DNA of 64,000 nt from the NCBI RefSeq assembly GCF_009834535.1, contig NC_045701.1:93186001-93250000 (forward strand), read 5' to 3'. Below are positions 55,621 through 64,000 of the stretch, in pieces (position 1 is the first letter of the stretch; every line of letters begins with the position of its first letter). This stretch comes from Camelus ferus. Its lineage: Eukaryota. The notes beneath the pieces were generated by a model. That model searched no databases and had not been told where the DNA came from. It saw only the letters and a list, made by a program, of their open reading frames with translations. The translations under genes and the position numbers were made by a program.

Positions 55621-56583
55621 CCGAGACCCTGCCTTCCTTGGTGTGTCCATTGGTGCCCGGCACTGTCACTCCATACTGGGCGCGTGAATCAGGAGACACG
55701 GTAGGTGGGTTATGCACATGCCCGCTACAGCCACCCCGTGTGACAGCAGGACCTGAGGCCAGGCCAGTGTCTGTCCCCGGTGGCTGGAGGAGAGCCTGAA
55801 AGCATACACACTGATGGTGTCTGCTGAGTCTGGGGCTTTATTCAGGCCTCACACACCTGCTGAGCCCTCCTGCTTACCCAATGCAGCTCCAACCAAGATG
55901 AGTAGCCACGGTATGGTCCCGCTACTCCGTGCTCAGCCCTGGGTCTTGTGGGCAGGGATGCTCTGTCCTGACCCTCCGCAAGGCAGCCTGCATTTCTTAC
56001 TAAGCTCTCTAGAAAGAAACCCTTCCACAACCTGAGTGGACCCAACTTGGGGGAGACGTCTTGGTTTTATCCCCGGTTGGCCTCACTTGGGGCCTCACCA
56101 GGCGGAGGCTGGATAGAAGGGGGGGGGGCGGCAGTATGCGACCAGATGGCATGAAGCTCAGGGGGAGCCTGCATTTCCCCCAGTGGGGGGAGGAATGTTA
56201 GCGGCAGCAGTGGGACGGAGGGGAATTCTGGCACATCTCCAAAGGCTGAGCTGCGTGGGCTCTGGGAGAAAAGCCTCCCCTACTTTAGAGGGCTACAGTG
56301 CAAGTGGTATCCTCACTGGAGAGCTTGGTTTTGTACAAATCTAGGAACCGGAAACTTTCCGTTTCCCTAATCCTCCTGCTAACAGTACGCATTTTGCTAC
56401 AGATGACATCTCTGGAGTGAACTCCATCTCCATTCCCACATCTATCTTCCGGTTGGTTTCTGTGCCTCCTGTCTCCTCCAAGTCTCTCTAAAAAGCGAGC
56501 TTAACTTGCTTTTTAAACTTGCTCAAGTAAATTTAAACAAATGTCCCTCATTAACTCTAGGTAGGTGGAAGAATGGTTGGATA

Positions 56584-57041
56584 TGTTAACCTAAAGCAAT
56601 AAAATAGCCAGTTATTTTAGCAGCAAAACAAGTTCATTTGGGAGCAGTAAAGAATTGAAGTTTGGGACATTCAACTGCGGCAAACCATGTGAGACCTGGA
56701 GAAGCAAAGAAGACGAAGCCCTTTTATAGAGGAGAAGAGGGAGTTGGAAGGGGCTGTTATAAGCAAAAAGTCCACTGGAAGAAACTGGGAGATTGTGGAG
56801 TGTATTGGCTCTTCATTGGCTGAGTTGTGACAGCCTCTCACTGGCTGGGCTGTTGCCAGTCGATGAGAAAATCTTTCTGCCTCCTGCTGGTGGTAGTAAA
56901 GCAGGGTCACTTCCTGCCAGGGATATAAAGTACCTCCCTTCCTGTTGGAATCTGTATTGGTGTCAGTGGTACCTGCATGAGAGGTCTCCCTCCTGACCTC
57001 CCGACTCCACTTTGGTGAGGTTTCCCTTATTCATTTTCACA
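56584..57041 (-). mobile_element. Solo ERV1-type LTR with 4-bp TSD (GATA)
   Basis: TGT...ACA termini, GATA at 56580-56583 and 57042-57045, CTATAAAAG on - strand at 56721-56729. Confidence 0.78.
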
Positions 57042-57076
57042 GATAAATGGATGGATAGTTGGATGAATGGATGGCT

Positions 57077-57460
57077 AGTGTATCAGTTAGAAGCACTTTT
57101 GGCTTCAAGTAGCAGAAATTCTGACAAGTGCAGTGGTTTGAACCAGTAGGGTTTTATTTTTCTTCCATAACAAGAATCCTGGAGGCAGGCAAGTCTGCTT
57201 TAGTTCAGCAGCCCATTCATGTCAGACCAGCATCTCTGCAATCATATGGGGCTTTTCCTCGTGGTCACAGAGGGTTGCCACAGCTCCAGACACCACACCT
57301 ATGTTCCAGGCTGGACAAAGGTGGGAAAAGAGATAGCTAGCTCTTTTATCATGGAAACAAAGTTCTCAGAAGCTCCCCAGCAGGATTCTGGCCACATCCC
57401 ACTGGCCAGAACAATGTCACATCGCCAACATGACTGCAGCACAGCTCGGGGAGAGGACAC
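57077..57460. mobile_element. Old MLT1(J/K/L)-like LTR
   Basis: tatcagttag..cttttggcttcaagtagcagaaa..cccactggccagaac..gtcacat. Confidence 0.55.
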
Positions 57461-57899
57461 TAAGCTTTCCCAGTGTTTAGAGTGGAAGAGAGAAGGGGAA
57501 AAGGGTGTGGAGTTCACGACGTGGTGGACATCTGTCATTGTGGCAGCTCAGCATCTTCTGAGTATCCTCCTGCAGTTTGACAGTCCCCACATTGTGCATC
57601 CTTCCTGTCCCTCTTAGACTCCAAACAGCGGCCACCAGGGTAGACGTCTGACCTGACCTGTGAGGGGCTGCTGGGGCCACGGTTTTGCTGGGCCAGTATA
57701 TTTCTGGGCCGGGAGGGGGCGGTGTAGGCTTCCTGCTGCTGCAGAGACGGCTCTGGGCTTGGTGGGGGCAGCAGGGCGCTTACCCAGGCCAGGTCTGGCA
57801 GGAGTTCCGGGCACGGTTCCCGGAAGCTTAGCCATCTCACAGCTCCTTATAAATCCGTGTCTGCTTAGACAAGCTGGAGTGGATTCTTTTATCCACAAC

Positions 57900-58690
57900 T
57901 GTTACAGGTTGGATTGTGTCCCCTCCAATGCTATGCTGAAGTCCTAATCCCTGGTACCTGCCAGTGTGACCTTATTTGGAAATAGGGTCTTGAGAGATGT
58001 GGTCAAGTTACTGAGAGGTTATTAGGGCAGCCTTAACCCAGTGTGCTGGTGTCCGTGTAAGAAGAGGGAAGTCTGGACACAGACACAGGGGAGAAGCCGT
58101 GTGATGGCAGAGGCAGACACTGAGGTGCTGCAGCTCTGAGCCAAGGAAGGCCAGACTGACAGCCGCCCCAGAAGCTGGAGGAGGCGGGAAGGAGCCGCCC
58201 CTGGAACCTTCAGAGGAGGCACAGCTCTGACCACACCTTACCGTTGGACTTCCAGAGTGTGAGAGAATGCGCCACCTGATCTGTGGTGCTTGGCCACGGC
58301 AGTCTCAGGGATCTCCCCCAATGACAGAGTCTGGGTGCGTGGACGGGGGCGAGGAACGTGTAACCAAATATGAGGGTGGGTCTGCTTAGTGATGAGGCTT
58401 CCGCGTCCTGAAGAGAGATGGAGCAATCAGCCCAGACTTCTCTCCCTGTTCTTCCGGAGAAAGTTCCATGAGAGCTGCCAGCTGGCATGTCTTTGTGCAG
58501 CACTGCACCCGCTCTGGTCCTGACTGGTGAGGGAGCTCCGTGGGGTCTTTTACAAGAACACTAATCCCATTCATGGGGGCTCCACCCTCATGACCCAATC
58601 ACCCCAGAAGGCCCCTAATGCATCACAAGGGGGATTAAGTTTTAATACTGGAATGTGGGGGACAGAAACATCAGCCCACAGCACTAGGAG
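57900..58690. mobile_element. Two adjacent MLT1 LTRs (about 57900-58310 +, 58330-58685 -)
   Basis: gattgtgtccc..gaagtcctaatccctggtacct..gtgaccttatttggaaatagggtct..; tacaagaacactaatcccattcatgggggctccaccctcatgacc.aatc. Confidence 0.75.
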
Positions 58691-59189
58691 CACGAGCGGG
58701 GTGCCCTGCACACCTGAGGAGGGCAGGGCTGGGAGCCACCCAGGCAGGAAAGGTGCAGCCCTGAGAGGACCAGTCCCTGACTCTTCCCCAAGGGGAGGGA
58801 CCCGCTGTGCTCTACCTGTGGCCAGGAAGCTGGCCGGTCCCCAGGGGTGGGGCCACATGGTGGCTCCGACTCTGTCTCTGCTGGTGGTTAGACAAGGGTC
58901 TCCGCTTGTGCAGGGACAGCAGTGACTTGGTGAGGACGTGGCCGAGGCTGCAGAAGATACCGTTCTGTCTACCTGATTTTTTGAGAGTCTCCTCATCAGG
59001 GGATGCTTCTGGGAGCACTTCCACGGAACACACACATCTTCACCTCTGCCTGTTTCCAGTGGCTCTTAGAATACCTCACCCGAAGCCTCCACTCCCCCAA
59101 CCACCCCAGCTTATATTTTTTTCCTTTCTTTTTTAGCTTTAAAAATTTTTTTTGAAGTATAGTCAATTTACAATGTTCTGTCAACCAGC

Positions 59190-59285
59190 TTTTTTTTTTT
59201 TTTTGAATGGTGATGGGGGGACTTAACCCAGGACCTCGTGCATGCTAAGCATGTGCTCTACCATGGAGCTGTGCCCCCCACCCCC
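59190..59285 (-). mobile_element. tRNA-derived SINE (camelid Vic-type)
   Basis: Poly-T then aacccaggacctcgtgcatgctaagcatgtgctctacca. Confidence 0.82.
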
Positions 59286-59399
59286 AGCAGCTTGTTTCTG
59301 CCGAGTCACTCTACCTGTGACCTCTCCGATGATGGCTTCACCTCACTGTCCCACTGAGGGGACTGGGACTGTTGGGCGGGGGCGTCCCAAATCACCCTC

Positions 59400-60660
59400 A
59401 GGCCACACGTGGCCGACCCTGCATTGTCGCTCTGCGCGGAGACGCGCCAGCCTGGAACAGGTGTCTGCGTGGAGAGACGCCTTTCCTCCGGCACTCAGGC
59501 TCTCTCAGCGTCTGGAAGGGGGGGGGGTGTCTCAGCATCGGGGGCGCTCTCGGCATCCCAGGGTGCTGTCAGCATCCCGGGGCGCCTCGCCTCCCGCGAC
59601 TAGAGCGCCACCTGGCGACGCCGCAACCGAAATAGCGCCCCGCGAGGGCCTCCACGCTTTCCCGGCTGCGCTAAAGGGCTTCTCCGCGGAAACCCCCACG
59701 GCACCGCAGGGCAGAACTGTGGAATCTGGGTTCCCGCCCCGCGGCGGGTAGGGGCGCAGGATCGGGGGGTGGAGCCCTGGGGCGCCCGGGGTCCGTCCGC
59801 ACTGGACAAGAGGGGCGGGAGAGGGCGGCAAGGGTCTGCGGGGGGAAGGCGAGCCCTCCGGGAAGGGGCGGGCTTTGTGGTGGCGGTGGCCGCACGTGCA
59901 GAGACTCGGCAGCCGGTACGCCCAGTCCAGTGGCGACCGGGGCGTAGCTGCAGCCCTGGGGCTGCGGGGAACAGGAGAGCAGCGGGATGAATAGGGGCTA
60001 AATTGAGTGGTGGGGTTCCTAGGAGAAATAGGGAAACATGGGGGATTTAAGCAGGCGCGACAGGGGCCGGTTTGCACGCAGGAGGGCTGCTTTGTGTATA
60101 GAGCAGATAATGGTTGGGAGACCTGAGGGTGGCTGCCCTGGTCCAGGGTCTTCCTATGGGATCTTTGGAGTGGGACGCCCACCATACGCCTTCCGGTGCC
60201 CAAGGCCTTGTCTCGGAGGCCCCAGGTGCTGTCGGAATTCCTGGGAGTGGGGGGAATTGCCCGCAGCGTCTACTGGGGCGCGGTCCTTGCAGCTGGCGCT
60301 GCGTAGGGGTGCGGGGAGGCCGGCGTAGGTGGGCGTGGCGGCGTAGGTGGGCGTGGCGCGGTGGACAGTCGACCACGAAGACTGCTGTCTCCTTCTTGCG
60401 CCGGGGCAGCCGCGGAAGGGAGCGCGCTGGGGACTCGGGGGAGGTCGGAGGAGAGTTCGGGGACTCGGGGCCACGAGAAGTTCGGGGAGAGAGAGAGAGA
60501 GGCCAGGCCAGGCAGGTGCGCGCGCCCAGACTCGGAGAGAGAGGCGGGGAGCAGGGCCTCAGTGGCCGCAGAGACAGGGCAGTGCCCCTTGGTTCACACC
60601 GCTGCCTCCTCCTGCATCATTTTGCCCTGGCCCCTCCCGGGGTCCCTCGCAGGATAACGT
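59400..60660. promoter_or_regulatory. Orphan CpG island with a CTCF-like motif (59603-59619, - strand)
   Basis: CpG-dense; - strand GTCGCCAGGTGGCGCTC. Confidence 0.6.
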
Positions 60661-60744
60661 GTTCATGTTCTTTAAAAAATTCTTTAAGCTTGTTTCCTGT
60701 GTTTAAACTTACATGAATAACAATGTATTAAAAAGGATGCTGTA

Positions 60745-60835
60745 GGGGGAAGGTGTAGCTCAGTGGTGAGAGCACATGCTTAGCATGCCCGGGGTCCTGG
60801 GTTCACTCCCCAACACCTCTGTTTAAAAAAAAAAT
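60745..60835 (+). mobile_element. tRNA-derived SINE (camelid Vic-type)
   Basis: ggtgtagctcagtggtgagagcacatgcttagcatgcccggggtcctgggttcactcccc + A tail. Confidence 0.85.
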
Positions 60836-62044
60836 CCATTTTTATTCACTCATTCATGAAACTTTTATTCAGAAAATGCCAAAAGCGGGTTTCACTAATA
60901 TGACCCTGGATAGGTAGGAGGCATCCGATAACACACAGTCCAGTTCCACCAGAAGCCTAACGGGCAAAACAGACTGGACATAAACAACTGTCCTGCCTCT
61001 CTAGGATTGGAAATGCGAACAATTTTCCATTTAAAAGTGGAATCTGGTTTCCATAAGGTTTGGAGAAGAGTCCTACTTTTAAGCAGCAGACCCTCAGGTA
61101 TTCTAGCTATGCGGTGCGAGGCGCCTAGGGCAAGGGACAGTGTAACCCTGGTCATATGAGCCATTCTGATGAGCTCCTCACATTTAAAACCAAATTATAG
61201 GTCTTGACCATAAATTCCATCATTTCATCACTGAGAGTTTCTTCATGTGTTTTGGAAAAAACTGGCAGGCCCCTGCTTTCCTTACAGCTGGTGTGTCAGT
61301 TAGATGTACATTGCCCTGTGTTCTGTTTTGGTTTTTCCTGTAAGTTTCAGATTTTAAAAAAATTTTTTTCTATTGAAGTACAGTCATTTACAATGCGTCA
61401 ACTTCTGGTGTACAGCAAAGTGTCCCAGTCATGCATATACATACATAAATTCATTTTTGTATTCTCTTTCATTAAAAGTTATTACCCAATGTTGAACTGT
61501 ATTCTATATTCCTGTGCTTTGATCACAGTTTAATGTAGGGTTGTGCATTTGTATTAACAAATCCTTTGCAGTGGATGTCTTCTTAATATTTCTTATTAAC
61601 AATAACCATTTTGTCACTAATTCTTCCATAATCATGTGAGTCTCACCCCTGGAGTCCCTTAGGCCTCCACGTTACCCGCCACGTGAGTATGTTTCTCTAG
61701 TCCCCAGTTTTAAGAGTTCCTTGTGAATTGAGTAGTATCTTCCCTCAAACGTAGAACCTTTCACTCTTCTGCTTCGTCTTCATCTGTTTTGCCTTTGAGA
61801 TGGATCTTTACCTGGACGCAGGTTCCAGAGAGGTGCTAAAGTAGTTTCTAGACTTTCTATGTTATAAAGCTAACTTTACCTTTAATTGTTTGTTTTACCA
61901 TGTCTTCGTTGGGTTGTCCTTCTAACTTCTAGTGTTCCCTGACCATGTGTTAGAGTGAGCCTTTCCCTTCCGTGGGTCTCTGCCGAGCACAACTGTCTTG
62001 TGCTTCTTTATTGGTTGCCTCATACCTTTTGCTGTTATTAATTT

Positions 62045-62172
62045 CTTCCTTTTTTGGCAGAGGAGGTAATTAGGTTTTTTTTTTTATTTTTTAATGGAGG
62101 TACTGGCGACTGAACCCAGGACCTGGTGCCTGCTAACCAGGCACTCCACCACTGAGCTACACCCTCCTTCCT
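62045..62172 (-). mobile_element. tRNA-derived SINE (camelid Vic-type)
   Basis: ggaggtactgg..tgaacccaggacct..gctaa..cactcc accactgagctacaccc. Confidence 0.82.
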
Positions 62173-62819
62173 TCCTTTTATTAAATTGAAGTATAATTGG
62201 GTATAATTTACACGTAGTGACAGGCACAGGTCTCTGCTGCAGAGTGCACGTGGAGTATTGGCTGTTGTCCAATGCCTCTTATGCCTCCCTTTTCATTCTC
62301 TTTCTTTTTAAGAAATTTAAACTGAGAGCTAATTCGTATACTGTAAAATACACCCTTTAAATTGTATAATTCAGTGGCTCTCAGTATCTTCAGAGTTGTG
62401 CCACCATCAACCATCACCAGGATTTAATTCCAGAACATTTCCTCCCCTCCGAAAGAAACCCTTGACCCTGTAAACCATTGCTCATCGGCCGTTTGTGTGT
62501 CTTCACTGGAGAAATGTCAACTCAGACCCTCCACCCATGTTTCCGTCAGGTTCCTTGTCACTTCACGACCATCGAGGTGTGTGAGAGCCTGTGCAGACTC
62601 TGGTCAATAGGCCTATCACATAGGAGAGCTGCGCGTATTGTCTCACTTTTTGTGAGTTCTCATTTCTTTTGCTTTTTGCTGTACATTTAGTAGCTTGGGG
62701 TTTTCTTTTTGTTGTTTAAAAATTTTGTTTTACTTGAAGTACAGTACACAATGTTGTGTTTCAGGTATACAGGAAAGTGACTCAGTTTTACATATATATA
62801 TAATATTCTTTTTCAGGTT

Positions 62820-63520
62820 GGACTGTAGTTTGCTGCAGCTGCTATGAAAAACAGTATGGAGATTCCTCAAAAAACTAAATATGGACTTACCATACGATTC
62901 AGCAATCCCACTCCTGGACATGTGTCCAGAGGGAACTTTAACTTGAAAAGATGCACACACCCCAAAGTTCACAGCAGCACTATTTACAATGTCCAAGANN
63001 NNNNNNNNNNNNNNNNNNNNNNNNNNNNNNNNNNNNNNNNNNNNNNNNNNNNNNNNNNNNNNNNNNNNNNNNNNNNNNNNNNNNNNNNNNNNNNNNNNNN
63101 NNNNNNNNNNNNNNNNNNNNNNNNNNNNNNNNNNNNNNNNNNGTGAAGTAAGCCATAAAGAGAAAGAAAAATACCACATGATATCGCTTATATGTGGAAT
63201 CTAAAAAAAAAAAAAAGACAAATGAACTTATCCACAAAATAGAAACAGACTCACAGACATAGAAAACAAACTTATGGTTACCCAGGGGGAAAGGGGTGGG
63301 AAGGGATAAACTGGGGAGTTTGAGTTTTGCAGATACTGACTACTATGTATAAAATAGATAAGTTTCTACTGTGTAACACAGGGAACTATATTCAATATCT
63401 TGCAGTAATCTGTAATGAAAAAGAACATGAAAAGGAATACATGTATATCTATGTGCGACTGAACTATTATACTGCACACCAGAAGGTGCCACAACACTGT
63501 GAACTGACTAGGCTTCAGTT
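62820..63520 (+). mobile_element. Lineage-specific L1 3' end (with N-gap)
   Basis: aaaacagtatggagattcctcaaaaaactaaa..gcagcactatttacaat..agagaaagaaaaataccacatgatatcgcttatatgtggaatct..cagggaactatattcaatatcttg. Confidence 0.85.
62999..63142. other. Assembly gap (144 N) inside an L1 3' region
   Basis: Run of N. Confidence 0.99.
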
Positions 63521-63734
63521 AAGAACATGTCAGTGGTCTCTTTCAGAGTCTTGCCTGTTGCTGGGCACCTATCCCCCATGTGAGCTTTAAGATGATCTGA
63601 GCCGCTGCGAAGGCTTCCTGGGAGGCCTGCTTGGTACTCCTTTCCTTTGTTCAGGTCTCGCTTTATCCTGCTGTGTGAGATTTCACAGCTGTGTGCGTAG
63701 AAGTCCTGTGCATTCCTTAGTGTAATCGGGTTTT

Positions 63735-63892
63735 TTATTTATTTATTTTTGTTTCATTCATTTATTTTTTGGTAGGGGGAGGGGGTGATTAGGTCTGCCT
63801 ATTTATTTGTTTTTAGAGGAGGTACTGGGGTTGGAACCCAGGACCTCCTGCTTGCTAAGCATGTGCTCTGCCACTCCAGCTGTACCCTCCCC
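63735..63892 (-). mobile_element. tRNA-derived SINE (camelid Vic-type)
   Basis: ggaggtactgggg..gaacccaggacctcctgcttgctaagcatgtgctct..agctgtaccc. Confidence 0.82.
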
Positions 63893-64000
63893 TTCTGAGT
63901 GGTCTTATTTTATTTTTCTTTGCTAGTGTAGTGAATGAAATGGACTTCCCATTTCTAGAAGTTCATTATTGGAATAGAAAAAACTGGTTGATTATTCTGT

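Noticed and set aside
60745-60835. tRNA genes (A/B boxes AGCTCAGTGG / GGTTC..TCCC) here and at the other SINE sites
   Set aside because: Diverged multicopy bodies with A-rich tails and no complete cloverleaf: tRNA-derived SINEs

Overview
Mammalian subtelomeric-type, very GC-rich genomic DNA. The tRNA-derived SINEs and L1 3' tails suggest a camelid (alpaca/llama/camel-type); this is recalled resemblance, not a search result. It holds the conserved SIVA1(+) / AKT1(-) / ZBTB42(+) block: SIVA1 has 4 coding exons (172 aa), AKT1 has 13 coding exons plus non-coding 5' exons, and ZBTB42 has one coding exon (423 aa) with a 164-N gap in the BTB domain. The rest is CpG islands, L1/MaLR/ERV/SINE/L2 remnants and several minisatellites. 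I found no foreign, prokaryotic or unrecognised multi-gene system. The most notable observations are: (1) a 1-bp insertion in AKT1 coding exon 3 (113 nt instead of 112) that frameshifts the gene as assembled, most likely an assembly error; (2) unusual AKT1 and SIVA1 substitutions (AKT1 N31S, I36T, K389R; SIVA1 Y34L, C158G), with the AKT1 changes skewed weak-to-strong and accompanied by GC-shifted old repeats, consistent with GC-biased gene conversion; (3) candidate regulatory modules. Comparisons with human proteins and repeat consensuses are from memory and need verifying.
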